A DNA stretch of 64,000 nt from Eledone cirrhosa (GCA_964016885.1 OZ024749.1:6386001-6450000); one strand, 5' to 3'; positions 13,385-29,139 are shown, counted from the first letter of the stretch. Notes: generated by a model not told the origin, from the letters alone. Numbers and translations are program-made.

Positions 13385-13819
13385 TACATACACACAGACA
13401 CACATATACTCATAAATACACACACAAACACAACCCACTCACAAGACAAGCACACTCATACATACACACATATACACCTATAAAAACACATATAAATATA
13501 TATATATATACAAACATAGAAACACACACACACACACGCATGCATGCATACACACAAATGCACATACGAAAACAAACACACTCGAACACACATAGACACA
13601 CATATACATATATATCATTACAACGCGTCTAATTCATTTTTTTCTTTATTATTTACAACAATTTTGTTAATGGATATAATTAATTAGTGCTAATCAAACG
13701 ACGAAATATTAATAATGCGAAGATTTAACAAAATAATTCTTTGCTTCTTGTCCGTTACTTTAATTAGTAGTAAGACACACAGACAAAAATGGCTGTTATC
13801 TTGCTATGTTTGATGCTAT

Positions 13820-14155
13820 TATTACTGTTGTTGTTGCTGCTGTTGCTGTTGTTATTATTGTTGCTGCTGCTGTTGGTGGTGTTGCTATTGTTGTTGTTGT
13901 TGTTGTTGTTGCTATTATTGTTGTTGTTGCTATTGTTGTTGCTGTCGCTATTATTGTTGTTGTTGCTGTTGTTGTTGTTGTTGTTGTTGCTATTATTGTT
14001 GTTGCTGTTGTTGTTGCTATTGTTGCTGTTGTTGTTGATATTGTTGCTGTTGTTGTTGCTATTGTTGTTGTTGTTGTTGTTGATATTGTTGCTGTTGTTG
14101 TTGTTGTTGCTGTTGTTGGTGGTGTTGTTGTTGCTGCTGTTGTTGGTGTTGGTGT
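13820..14155. repeat. (GTT/GCT)n trinucleotide repeat
   Basis: Direct reading. Confidence 0.9.
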
Positions 14156-14259
14156 TTTTTTAAGATATCACTCTACTACTTTGATAATAATTTTAGATAA
14201 TTAATTGTCTATTACACACATGCAGAGTGAGATTATGTGTGTATGTATGTATAATTACA

Positions 14260-16052
<1,793 letters not shown>

Positions 16053-16238
16053 AGGAGAATATTTATGCAGAACTGATGAGAAATCTGCAGATACTCCACC
16101 CTGATTACACCTTCAGATTTATGCCTGTGATTATTGGGGCACTGGGGTATGTTAGTAACTGCCTCAATACAAATCTTTGGAAGCTAGGCTTCACAGGAAC
16201 AGAAAGAACACAACTAGTTAGGAAACTACAAGTACAAT
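16053..16238 (+). mobile_element. Fragment of a restriction-like-endonuclease non-LTR element (R4/Dong-like C-terminus)
   Basis: ENIYAELMRNLQILHPDYTFRFMPVIIGALGYVSNCLNTNLWKLGF resembles the Y..L....PVVIGALG.V...L...L..LG motif of R2/R4-group ORFs; abuts (TACA)n. Confidence 0.65.
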
Positions 16239-16317
16239 CGGGTGATGTGCTGTTTCATTGAGCAAGACACTTTATTTCACATTGCTCCAGTTTACTCAGC
16301 TGTAGAAATGAGATGAT
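16239..16317 (+). mobile_element. SINE A core fragment, inverted duplicate of 16822-16900
   Basis: 79-bp exact reverse complement, including variants private to that copy. Confidence 0.85.
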
Positions 16318-16625
16318 GGAACAGTAAAAAATATGTAAAACATTCCAAAAATGTTGCATCTAATAACTGCATATACACATGTACAGATGCAAAGCATATA
16401 CACATGCACACATACAACTCAAAACATACACATCCACACATACTATAACATCCATATCTACACATGCATGCATGCAGACATACATACATACATATCTACC
16501 TAGCTGATGTGTAAATTCCAATGAGAGAGTCTTGTGTCTATGTTAGAAACTGACTTTCTCTCTATTGGTAAAACTTTGTGAAAGTATAAAACCAGAAGAA
16601 CATACATATATATATATATACATAT

Positions 16626-16970
16626 ATCATCATCATCATCATTTCATTTTACGTCCGCTTTTCCTTGCTTGCAAGGGTTGGACGGGAACTGATTTTGGCT
16701 TGATTTCTACAGCTGGATGCCCTTCCTAACACCAACCTCATTTACAGTGAGTGCTGGGTGCTTTTTTGCCGTGGCACCTGCACGACCACTTTGCAGTGGA
16801 ATGATAGGGACCCCAGTCCCTATCATCTCATTTCTACAGCTGAGTAAACTGGAGCAATGTGAAATAAAGTGTCTTGCTCAATGAAACAGCACATCACCCG
16901 GTCCGAGAATTGAACTCACAACCTTTCGATTGCAAGGCCAATGCTCTAACCACTAAGCCATGTGCCTCCA
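16626..16970 (-). mobile_element. SINE family A (tRNA head + core + RTE-derived 3' part)
   Basis: Sense reads TGGAGGCACATGGCTTAGTGG (A box)..GAGTTCAATTC (B box); 3' half matches the RTE 3' UTR; (GAT)n tail. Confidence 0.9.
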
Positions 16971-17394
16971 TATATACACTAACTTGTTTGCATTATGAAA
17001 ATCAACCTTTTCTGTCTTAATATACTTAATCAATAATGATTAATATCAAAACTTATTAATTAGACTTCTCTTATGAACATAAGCTAATTAAAAAACATCT
17101 ATTTGACGATTTTACTGAGGAAATCAACAAATATTGCAAAAAACAGCAGATAAACCACGAGAAACATTAAGAATCCATAGAATATAGGAATATTCTAGAT
17201 GCAGGTGCTTAGCTTAATCATGTATTTCGCTCCAAGACACAATATTTACATATTTTATAAACTAAAATATACAAAGAAAAACTGGTGTACACCAAATATA
17301 AAATATAACAAAAAAGAAAAACTGGTGTACACCAAATATAAAATATAACAAAAAGAAAAACTGGTGTACCAAATAAACCAAATAGACCCCGACC

Positions 17395-17576
17395 CCAATA
17401 CCACCACACACCAACACCACCCCATACCACCCTCACCACCACCACCACCACACACCCCACCCGCACCGTCACCATACCACCACCACCCCTACCCCCATAA
17501 CCCCCCACACACTACCCCCACCAACACCATACAACCACCACCACCAAACCACCACCACCACCACCACCACCACCCC
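17395..17576. repeat. (ACC)n-rich low-complexity tract
   Basis: Direct reading. Confidence 0.8.
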
Positions 17577-17762
17577 AAAAAAGGAAATATGATAATATCA
17601 TACACTTAAGAATCTAATTATTATTTTTTCAACAGATAAATATTGTATAATTTGTCTGTAAATAAAATGTGAGTGAGTATGTGGATAGGTATGTAAGTGT
17701 GGGTGTGCTTTTGTATGCATGTGTGTGTGTGTGTGTGAGAGTGTGTAAGTGTGTGTGTAGAT

Positions 17763-18094
17763 ATCATCATTTTACGTCCAATTTTCCCTGCTTGCCAGGG
17801 TGGGACGGGAACTGATTCTGGCTTGATTTCTACAGCTGGATGCCCTTCCTAACACCAACCTCATTTACAGTGAGTGCTGGGTGCTTTCTTTGCCATGGCA
17901 CCTCCACGACCACTTTGCAGTGGAATGATAGGGGCCCTAGTCCCTATCGTCTCATTTCTACAGCTGAGTAAACTGGAGCAATGTGAAATAAAGTGTCTTG
18001 CTCAAGGAAACAACACATCACCCGGTCTGAGAATTGAACTCACAGCCTTTCGATTTCAAGGCCAATGCTCTAACCACTAAGCCATGTGCCTCCA
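17763..18094 (-). mobile_element. SINE family A
   Basis: Full-length copy of the same consensus. Confidence 0.9.
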
Positions 18095-18324
18095 TATATA
18101 AGTCTGTGTTTATATGTGCATGAGAAAGTGTGTGAGTAAATGTGTGCATAAGTGTGTGCATGTGTGAGTAAGTGTGTGCGCGTGTGTGTATGTGTGAGTA
18201 AGTGTGTGTGTGTGTGTGTGTATGCGTGTGCGTGTGCGTGTGTGTGTGTGCATATATGTTTATATATGTGAAGGTTTTTTTAAAAAATTCATCTTACATA
18301 TCGTGTAGGAGAACATCTAAAGGT

Positions 18325-19330
18325 GTTGGACGGGACAGTTTGTTGGTTGGGACAGTTTGGTGGTTGGGACGGTTTGTTGGTTGGTTTGTTGGTTGGGACG
18401 GTTTGTTGGTTGGGACGGTTTGTTGGTTGGGACAGTTTGGTGGTTGGGACAGTTTGTTGGTTGGGACGGTTTGTTGGTTGGGACAGTTTGTTGGTTGGGA
18501 CAGTTTGTAGGTTGGGACGGTTTGTTGATTGATACAGTTTGTTGGTTGGGACAGTTTGGTGGTTGGGACAGTTTGGTGGTTGGGACAGTTTGGTGGTTGG
18601 GACGGTTTGTTGGTTGGTTTGTTGGTTGGGACGGTTTGTTGGTTGGGACAGTTTGGTGGTTGGGACGGTTTGTTGGTTGGGACAGTTTGTAGGTTGGGAC
18701 GGTTTGTAGGTTGGGACGGTTTGTTGGTTGGGACAGTTCGTTGGTTGGGACAGTTTGGTGGTTGGGACGGTTTGTTGGTTGGTTTGTTGGTTGGGACGGT
18801 TTGTTGGTTGGGACGGTTTGTTGGTTGGGACAGTTTGTTGTTTGGGACAGTTTGTTGGTTGGGATGGTTTGGTGGTTGGGACAGTTTGTTGGTTGGGACA
18901 GTTTGTAGGTTGGGACGGTTTGTTGGTTGGGACAGTTTGTTGGTTGGGATGGTTTGGTGGTTGGGACAGTTTGTTGGTTGGGACAGTTTGTTGGTTGGGA
19001 CGGTTTGTTGGTTTGTTTGTTGGTTGGGACAGTTTGGTGGTTGGGACAGTTTGTTGGTTGGGACGGTTTGTTGGTTGGCACAGTTTGTTGGTTGGGACAG
19101 TTTGTTGGTTGGGACAGTTTGGTGGTTGGGACGGTTTGTTGGTTGGGACAGTTTGTTGGTAGGGACAGTTTGTTGGTTGGGACAGTTTGTTGGTTGGGAC
19201 AGTTTGGTGGTTGGGACGGTTTGTTGGTTGGGACAGTTTGTTGGTTGGGACAGTTTGGTGGTTGGGACGGTTTGTTGGTTGGGACAGTTTGGTGGTTGGG
19301 ACGGTTTGTTGGTTGGGACAGTTTGTTAGT
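18325..19330. repeat. 17-bp minisatellite (GGTTGGGACRGTTTGKT)
   Basis: Roughly 55-60 tandem units. Confidence 0.93.
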
Positions 19331-19454
19331 TCGTTTCTTCTTCTCTCAGATTGTTGCCTACAGTAACCACTACCATCTTATATCCACATGTATATCTGGT
19401 GTATTATAGGTACACTGTATCACCCCATGTCACAATAACCACTACCATTTTATA

Positions 19455-19972
19455 TCATCATCATCATCGTTTAACGTCTATCTTCCACACTAGCATGGGT
19501 TCGACAGGTTTGTCCCATTGGAGGCAAGATTGGTCGGAAGACCGTGTCTCGCCCGTACAGAACTGTTTCTGGCAGGTTTTCTATGGCTGAATTCCCTTCC
19601 TAACACCAACTACATTTAGAGTGTGGATGGACTGGGAGCCTTTTTACCATGTCTCCTACATGACCACTTTACAGTGTGGACTGAGAATCTTTTTACCATG
19701 TCTCCTACACGACCACTTTACAGTGTGGACTGGGAGACTTTTTACCATGTCTCCTACACGACCACTTTACAGTGTGAACTGGGAGCCTTTTACTGTGTCT
19801 CCTACACAACCACTTTACAGTGTGGATTGTGAGACTTTTTACCATGTCTCCTACATGACCACTTTACAGCGTAGACTGGGAGCCTTTTTACCATGTCTCC
19901 TACACAACCACATTACAGTGTGGACTGGGAGCCTTTTTACCATGTCTCCTACACAACCACTTTACAGTGTGG
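19455..19972 (-). mobile_element. RTE-type 3' UTR with its 49-bp repeat expanded to about 7 copies (19621-19972)
   Basis: (CAT)n, CGTTTAACGTC..CTAGCATGGGTT, CCCTTCCTAACACCAAC, then period-49 units. Confidence 0.8.
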
Positions 19973-21579
19973 ACATGTATATCTGGTTTAGTATGGGTAC
20001 ACTGTATCACTTTGTGTCATATAAAGCAACTAAAAGGGTTGGTATCAAGAAGGGCATCTGGCTGTAAAACGTTGCTTCAAAATGTCCTGTCCAACGCAGG
20101 GCATTATGGGAAAGTGAATATAACAATGTTCATGATGATGATATATATACATAATTGTTTTTAGTAGGCAGAGTTGTTAGGACATGGATTAAATGCCCTT
20201 ATATCTTTTCTGTTTCACTGTGCTCTGTGTTCAAATGCTACAGATGTCAACTTTCCCTTATACCATCATCATCATCATCATCATTTTTACATCTGCTTTT
20301 CCATTCTTGCATGGGTTGGATGGGGCCTTCTCAGCACAGCATCTCTCCACTAAACTCGTTTCTTCATCAGCTCCTCAGCCAGTCATAGCGATTTGAGGTC
20401 TGCTCTCACAACCTCTGCCCAGGTTTTTTATTGGTTGTCCTCTATTGTGGCTTCCTTCCATTAGGATTTCCTGGCATTTCTTCACCCATCAGTGTCTCAA
20501 ACCAATGCAGTCTTTTCTCCTGCACACCATTTCAGATTCCCCTTAAACTCAGCTTCTCCATAGATCACCTAGATAGCAGAAGCTATCAACCACATCCATG
20601 GATCCTTCATTGAAGTTGATAAATAAAATAAAATAAATCAGCCTGTGCATTGGTACTTTACGCCCAGCTCACAGATTGCTTTTTCCTGTCATCATCTAAA
20701 CATCTTCAGGGCTCACAATAATCTATCCCCAGTTCCTTCTCATCATAATGTCATATTTCAGGAACTGTCTCCCCCCACCTGCTATGTCCTTCCCACAGAA
20801 TTGGTAAAGAGTTGGACAGGATTCTTTACAGTATCTGTTTTGTCCTTGTGCATTCTGAGTTCAAATCCTGCCTCCTGCTGCCAAATTCTAGGAGTTGCAA
20901 CTGGCAGAGAGTATCAGCAATGGAACAACCAATAGAAACGCAACATCCTTTATCTGATCTGCTGATTGGTTCCTTTAGTTTTTTTTTTCTTTTCTCTCCA
21001 AAGGGAAATTTCAATTAATAAAGAATTATTTGCATAAGTCATTCAGTGCCTAACCCTTCAACTTATTTACTGAACTACCATATCATTTATGGGGGAAGTT
21101 TAATTAGACTTAATCAACTCTATAGCTCAGCTTTTGACACTATAATCATCATTGCTGTATATAGCAGGACTTATAGCAGTACTTTGTCCCAGTAATAGTG
21201 GATTTATATTCTTTAAAATAACTTGATACTTGGAAATTACACAATGGTTTGATTGGTTTTCCTATCTTTGGAAACGGTAATAAAATTTTATTTCAATTGA
21301 TTTCACTCTATTGATTTCTAATATAGGTGCACAATTTCAGATATTTGATATTGGAGAGAGAAAATGAGATTGCCTGTCTAGGTTTTTCCCTTCTCAACAG
21401 CATTGATCATTTCAAGGGCATTAACAGATGCACTACAATTACTCTGCATCTTACAAACTCTCTAATATTCTTCTTTCATCTCTTGCTTCCATGTTGCTTT
21501 CATTTTGACCAGAATAGCCTCTGTTCCATTCAATTTAGCTATCAGTAAATTACATTTATCCCAGTTGTACCCAGGTACA

Positions 21580-24500
21580 CTCTCTGACATTTGGCCTCAG
21601 TACACTCCATGACATCTGGCTTCAATATAAACTGTGACATCTGACCTGAATACAGCCTGTGACATCTGGCCTCAGTACACACTGTGACATCTGGCCTCAG
21701 TACACACTGTGACATCTGGTCTCAGTATAGTCTGTGACATCTGGCGTCAGTACAGTCTGTGACTGCTGACCTCAGTACAGTCTGTGACTGCTAACCTCAG
21801 TACAGTCTGTGATATCTGGCCTCAGTATAGTCTGAGAAATCTGGCCTCAGTACACTGTGTGACATATGACCTCAGTACAGCATAACATCTGGCCTCTGAA
21901 CACACTGTGACATCTGGCCTCAGTACAGCCTGTGACATCTGCCCTCAGAACAGCCTGTGACATATGGCCTTAGTACAACCTGTGACATCTGGCCTCAGTA
22001 CACCATGTGACATCTGGCCTCTGTAAACCCTATGACATCTGACATCAGTACAACCTGTGACATCTGGCCTCAGTACAGTCTGTGACATCTGGCCTCTGCA
22101 CACCCTTTGACATCCAGCCTCTGCACACCCTGTGACATCTGGCGTCAGTACAGACTGTGACATCTGACCTCAGTACAGTCTGTGAAATCTGACCTCAGTA
22201 CAGTCTGTGACATCTAACCTCAGTACAGTCCGTGACATCTGACCTCAGTACAGTATGTGACATCTGACCTCAGTACAGTATGTGACTGCTGACCTCAGTA
22301 CAGTCTGTGACATCTGACCTCAGTACAGTCTGTGACATCTGACCTCAGTACAGTCTGTGACTGCTGACCTCAGTACAGTCTGTGACATCTGACCTCAGTA
22401 CAGTCTGTGACATCTGACCTCAGTACAGTCTGTGACATCTGACCTCAGTACAGTCTGTGACATCTGACCTCAGTACAGTATGTGACATCTGACCTCAGTA
22501 CAGTCTGTGACTGCTGACCTCAGTACAGTCTGTGACATCTGACCTCAGTACAGTCTGTGACATCTGACCTCAGTACAGTCTGTGACATCTGACCTCAGTA
22601 CAGTCTGTGACATCTGACCTCAGTACAGTCTGTGACTGCTGACCTCAGTACAGTCTGTGACTGCTGACCTCAGTACAGTCTGTGACATCTGACCTCAGTA
22701 CAGTCTGTGACATCTGACCTCAGTACAGTCTGTGACTGCTGACCTCAGTACAGTCTGTGACATCTGACCTCAGTACAGTCTGTGACATCTGACCTCAGTA
22801 CAGTCTGTGACATCTGACCTCAGTACAGTCTGTGACATCTGACCTCAGTACAGTCTGTGACATCTGACCTCAGTACAGTCTGTGACATCTGACCTCAGTA
22901 CAGTCTGTGACTGCTGACCTCAGTACAGTCTGTGACATCTGACCTCAGTACAGTCTGTGACTGCTGACCTCAGTACAGTCTGTGACTGCTGACCTCAGTA
23001 CAGTCTGTGACATCTGACCTCAGTACAGTCTGTGACATCTGACCTCAGTACAGTCTGTGACATCTGACCTCAGTACAGTCTGTGACATCTGACCTCAGTA
23101 CAGTCTGTGACTGCTGACCTCAGTACAGTCTGTGACATCTGACCTCAGTACAGTCTGTGACATCTGACCTCAGTACAGTCTGTGACTGCTGACCTCAGTA
23201 CAGTCTGTGACTGCTGACCTCAGTACAGTCTGTGACTGCTGACCTCAGTACAGTCTGTGACTGCTGACCTCAGTACAGTCTGTGACATCTGACCTCAGTA
23301 CAGTCTGTGACATCTGACCTCAGTACAGTCTGTGACATCTGACCTCAGTACAGTCTGTGACATCTGACCTCAGTACAGTCTGTGACTGCTGACCTCAGTA
23401 CAGTCTGTGACTGCTGACCTCAGTACAGTCTGTGACTGCTGACCTCAGTACAGTCTGTGACTGCTGACCTCAGTACAGTCTGTGACATCTGACCTCAGTA
23501 CAGTCTGTGACATCTGACCTCAGTACAGTCTGTGACATCTGACCTCAGTACAGTCTGTGACATCTGACCTCAGTACAGTCTGTGACATCTGACCTCAGTA
23601 CAGTCTGTGACATCTGACCTCAGTACAGTCTGTGCCATCTGACCTCAGTACAGTCTGTGACATCTGACCTCAGTACAGTCTGTGACATCTGACCTCAGTA
23701 CAGTCTGTGACATCTGACCTCAGTACAGACTGTGACATCTGACCTCAGTACAGTCTGTGACATCTGACCTCAGTACAGTCTGTGACTGCTGACCTCAGTA
23801 CAGTCTGTGACATCTGACCTCAGTACAGTCTGTGACATCTGACCTCAGTACAGACTGTGACATCTGACCTCAGTACAGTCTGTGACATCTGACCTCAGTA
23901 CAGTCTGTGACATCTGACCTCAGTACAGTCTGTGACATCTGACCTCAGTACAGTCTGTGACATCTGACCTCAGTACAGTCTGTGACATCTGACCTCAGTA
24001 CAGTCTGTGACATCTGACCTCAGTACAGTCTGTGACATCTGACCTCAGTACAGTCTGTGACATCTGACCTCAGTACAGACTGTGACATCTGACCTCAGTA
24101 CAGTCTGTGAAATCTGACCTCAGTACAGTCTGTGACATCTGACCTCAGTACAGTCTGTGACATCTAACCTCAGTACAGTCCGTGACATCTGACCTCAGTA
24201 CAGTCTGTGACATCTGACCTCAGTACAGTCTGTGACATCTGACCTCAGTACAGTCTGTGACTGCTGACCTCAGTACAGTCTGTGACATCTGACCTCAGTA
24301 CAGTCTGTGACATCTGACCTCAGTACAGTCTGTGAGATCTGACCTCAGTACAGTCTGTGACATCTGACCTCAGTACAGTCTGTGACATCTGACCTCAGTA
24401 CAGACTGTGACATCTGACCTCAGTACAGTCTGTGACATCTGACCTCAGTACAGTCTGTGACTGCTGACCTCAGTACAGTCTGTGACATCTGACCTCAGTA

Positions 24501-27500
24501 CAGTCTGTGACATCTGACCTCAGTACAGTATGTGACTGCTGACCTCAGTACAGTCTGTGACATCTGACCTCAGTACAGTCTGTGACATCTGACCTCAGTA
24601 CAGTATGTGACATCTGACCTCAGTACAGTATGTGACTGCTGACCTCAGTACAGTCTGTGAGATCTGACCTCAGTACAGTCTGTGACATCTGACCTCAGTA
24701 CAGTCTGTGACTGCTGACCTCAGTACAGTCTGTGACATCGGACCTCAGTACAGTCTGTGACTGCTGACCTCAGTACAGTCTGTGACATCTGACCTCAGTA
24801 CAGTCTGTGACATCTGACCTCAGTACAGTCTGTGACTGCTGACCTCAGTACAGTCTGTGACATCTGACCTCAGTACAGTCTGTGACTGCTGACCTCAGTA
24901 CAGTCTGTGACATCTGACCTCAGTACAGTCTGTGACTGCTGACCTCAGTACAGTCTGTGACATCTGACCTCAGTACAGTCTGTGACATCTGACCTCAGTA
25001 CAGTCTGTGACATCTGACCTCAGTACAGTCTGTGACTGCTGACCTCAGTACAGTCTGTGACATCTGACCTCAGTACAGTCTGTGACTGCTGACCTCAGTA
25101 CAGTCTGTGACATCTGACCTCAGTACAGTCTGTGACATCTGACCTCAGTACAGTCTGTGACATCTGACCTCAGTACAGTCTGTGACTGCTGACCTCAGTA
25201 CAGTCTGTGACATCTGACCTCAGTACAGTCTGTGACTGCTGACCTCAGTACAGTCTGTGACATCTGACCTCAGTACAGTCTGTGACTGCTGACCTCAGTA
25301 CAGTCTGTGACATCTGACCTCAGTACAGTCTGTGACATCTGACCTCAGTACAGTCTGTGACATCTGACCTCAGTACAGTCTGTGACTGCTGACCTCAGTA
25401 CAGTCTGTGACATCTGACCTCAGTACAGTCTGTGACATCTGACCTCAGTACAGTCTGTGACATCTGACCTCAGTACAGTCTGTGACATCTGACCTCAGTA
25501 CAGTCTGTGACATCTGACCTCAGTACAGTCTGTGACTGCTGACCTCAGTACAGTCTGTGACATCTGACCTCAGTACAGTCTGTGACTGCTGACCTCAGTA
25601 CAGTCTGTGACATCTGACCTCAGTACAGTCTGTGACTGCTGACCTCAGTACAGTCTGTGACATCTGACCTCAGTACAGTCTGTGACATCTGACCTCAGTA
25701 CAGTCTGTGACTGCTGACCTCAGTACAGTCTGTGACATCTGACCTCAGTACAGTCTGTGACTGCTGACCTCAGTACAGTCTGTGACATCTGACCTCAGTA
25801 CAGTCTGTGACTGCTGACCTCAGTACAGTCTGTGACATCTGACCTCAGTACAGTCTGTGACATCTGACCTCAGTACAGTCTGTGACATCTGACCTCAGTA
25901 CAGTCTGTGACATCTGACCTCAGTACAGTCTGTGACATCTGACCTCAGTACAGTCTGTGACATCTGACCTCAGTACAGTCTGTGACTGCTGACCTCAGTA
26001 CAGTCTGTGACATCTGACCTCAGTACAGTCTGTGACTGCTGACCTCAGTACAGTCTGTGACATCTGACCTCAGTACAGTCTGTGACTGCTGACCTCAGTA
26101 CAGTCTGTGACATCTGACCTCAGTACAGTCTGTGACATCTGACCTCAGTACAGTCTGTGACATCTGACCTCAGTACAGTCTGTGACATCTGACCTCAGTA
26201 CAGTCTGTGACATCTGACCTCAGTACAGTCTGTGACATCTGACCTCAGTACAGTCTGTGACTGCTGACCTCAGTACAGTCTGTGACATCTGACCTCAGTA
26301 CAGTCTGTGACTGCTGACCTCAGTACAGTCTGTGACATCTGACCTCAGTACAGTCTGTGACATCTGACCTCAGTACAGTCTGTGACATCTGACCTCAGTA
26401 CAGTCTGTGACATCTGACCTCAGTACAGTCTGTGACATCTGACCTCAGTACAGTCTGTGACTGCTGACCTCAGTACAGTCTGTGACATCTGACCTCAGTA
26501 CAGTCTGTGACATCTGACCTCAGTACAGTCTGTGACATCTGACCTCAGTACAGTCTGTGACATCTGACCTCAGTACAGTCTGTGACATCTGACCTCAGTA
26601 CAGTCTGTGACTGCTGACCTCAGTACAGTCTGTGACATCTGACCTCAGTACAGTCTGTGACATCTGACCTCAGTACAGTCCGTGACATCTGACCTCAGTA
26701 CAGTCTGTGACATCTGACCTCAGTACAGTCTGTGACTGCTGACCTCAGTACAGTCTGTGACATCTGACCTCAGTACAGTCTGTGACATCTGACCTCAGTA
26801 CAGTCCGTGACATCTGACCTCAGTACAGTCTGTGACATCTGACCTCAGTACAGTCTGTGACATCTGACCTCAGTACAGTCCGTGACATCTGACCTCAGTA
26901 CAGTCTGTGACATCTGACCTCAGTACAGTCTGTGACATCTGACCTCAGTACAGTCTGTGACATCTGACCTCAGTACAGTCTGTGACATCTGACCTCAGTA
27001 CAGTCTGTGACATCTGACCTCAGTACAGTCTGTGACTGCTGACCTCAGTACAGTCTGTGACATCTGACCTCAGTACAGTCTGTGACATCTGACCTCAGTA
27101 CAGTCCGTGACATCTGACCTCAGTACAGTCTGTGACATCTGACCTCAGTACAGTCTGTGACTGCTGACCTCAGTACAGTCTGTGACATCTGACCTCAGTA
27201 CAGTCTGTGACATCTGACCTCAGTACAGTCCGTGACATCTGACCTCAGTACAGTCTGTGACATCTGACCTCAGTACAGTCTGTGACATCTGACCTCAGTA
27301 CAGTCCGTGACATCTGACCTCAGTACAGTCTGTGACATCTGACCTCAGTACAGTCTGTGACTGCTGACCTCAGTACAGTCTGTGACATCTGACCTCAGTA
27401 CAGTCTGTGACATCTGACCTCAGTACAGTCCGTGACATCTGACCTCAGTACAGTCTGTGACATCTGACCTCAGTACAGTCTGTGACATCTGACCTCAGTA

Positions 27501-27596
27501 CAGTCTGTGACATCTGACCTCAGCACAGTCTGTGACATCTGACCTCAGTACAGTCTGTGACATCTGACCTCAGTACAGTCTGTGACTGCTGACCTC
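21580..27596. repeat. 25-bp satellite array (GACCTCAGTACAGTCTGTGA-CATCT/CTGCT), about 240 units
   Basis: Period 25; diverged units at the left edge, homogeneous after ~22150. Confidence 0.98.
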
Positions 27597-27739
27597 TTGA
27601 ATACTTCAGACCTAGGCTTGTATATCTGCCAATCAAAATATTAATTTGTTGTTGTTGTTGGTGGCATTGGTGTAATTTGTTGTTGTCGCTAATATTGTTG
27701 TTTTTGTCATTGATCTTGTGTTTAGTGTTGTCACTGATG

Positions 27740-28500
27740 CTGGTATTGTTGTTGTTGTTGTTGTTAGTGTTGTCACTGTTGTTGGTTGTTGCTGTTGTTG
27801 TTAGTGTTGTCACTGTTGTTGGTTGTTGCTGTTGTTGTTAGTGTTGTCACTGTTGTTGGTTGTTGTTGTTAGTGTTGTCACTGTTGTTGGTTGTTGCTGT
27901 TGTTGTTAGTGTTGTCACTGTTGTTGGTTGTTGCTGTTGTTGTTAGTGTTGTCACTGTTGTTGGTTGTTGTTGCTGTTGTTAGTGTTGTCACTGTTGTTG
28001 GTTGTTGCTGTTGTTGTTGTTAGTGTTGTCACTGTTGTTGGATGTTGCTGTTGTTGTTAGTGTTGTCACTGTTGTTGGTTGTTGCTGTTGTTGTTAGTGT
28101 TGTCACTGTTGTTGGTTGTTGCTGTTGTTGTTAGTGTTGTCACTGTTGTTGGTTGTTGCTGTTGTTGTTAGTGTTGTCACTGTTGTTGGTTGTTGTTGTT
28201 GTTGTTAGTGTTGTCACTGTTGTTGCTGTTGTTGTTAGTGTTGTCACTGTTGTTAGTGTTGTCACTGTTGTTGGTTGTTGCTGTTGTTGTTAGTGTTGTC
28301 ACTGATGTTGGTTGTTGTTGTTGTTGTTAGTGTTGTCACTGTTGTTGGCTGTTGCTGTTGTTGTTAGTGTTGTCACTGATGCTGGTATTGTTGCTGTTGT
28401 TAGTGTTGTCACTGTTGTTGGTTGTAGCTGTTGTTGTTAGTGTTGTTAATGTTGTCAATGACATTGGTATTGTTGCTGTTGTTGTTAGTGTTGTTCAAAT
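27740..28500. repeat. (GTT)n-based ~37-bp minisatellite (GTTAGTGTTGTCACTGTTGTTGGTTGTTGCTGTTGTT)
   Basis: Direct reading. Confidence 0.88.
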
Positions 28501-28749
28501 TGTTGTCATTGCCTTTTAGTCCTTGGTTAGTAGTGATGAAGGAGACACATCATCATAGGTGTTCCAGCCATGACCATCCAGTTCTTTTTTCCATGCATGC
28601 AAGCCTGGGTTGGAAGAGACAACTTGTAGCACTATTTTAAAGTCAGATGCCCATCCTGAGCATAATGCAACTATTAATGATACTACTTGGGGGCACGGCT
28701 ACAAATATTTCTAGGGAATATTGTAATTAGTTAATTGCATGCATGTGTG

Positions 28750-29028
28750 CCCTCATGCTTTGCAAGCAGTACATTGAGCAGGCGCTTATGCCGTTTCATG
28801 GCATGAAGCAACTAAGAGTACAAGAATCTCTCATGGACAGGATGGCAGTCCATCGCAGGGTTAAATCCCCAGCCATTGCTGGTATTCATTTTCAGCTGAG
28901 TATACTGGAGCCACATGAAATGAAGTGTTTTGCTCAAGAACACAACATGCAATCCAGCCCAGGAATTGAACACATGGCATTACGATTGTTGTTCTAACAC
29001 TCTTACCACTAGGCCACGTGCCTTCACA
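28750..29028 (-). mobile_element. Old tRNA-derived SINE
   Basis: Sense head GTGAAGGCACGTGGCCTAGTGG..GTTCAATTCC; core GTGTTCTTGAGCAAAACAC. Confidence 0.7.
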
Positions 29029-29139
29029 ATTAGTTTATTAGTGAGCAGGTAATCTGATTTAAGTATAGGTACGGCAACATTTTAACCAATTGGAGATGGA
29101 TAAATAGTTAAAGTATGTCCCATGCCCTGAAACACCTGA

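Noticed and set aside
16500-16600. CTGATGT followed by a hairpin and GAAA
   Set aside because: Core mutated and stem I not identifiable; at most a decayed remnant
16900-16970. tRNA gene
   Set aside because: A/B boxes belong to SINE heads; no complete cloverleaf
18317-19409. Long PTN/WDG repeat ORFs
   Set aside because: 17-bp minisatellite with frames rotating
21580-27596. CRISPR-like regular repeat
   Set aside because: No unique spacers and no cas genes; eukaryotic satellite
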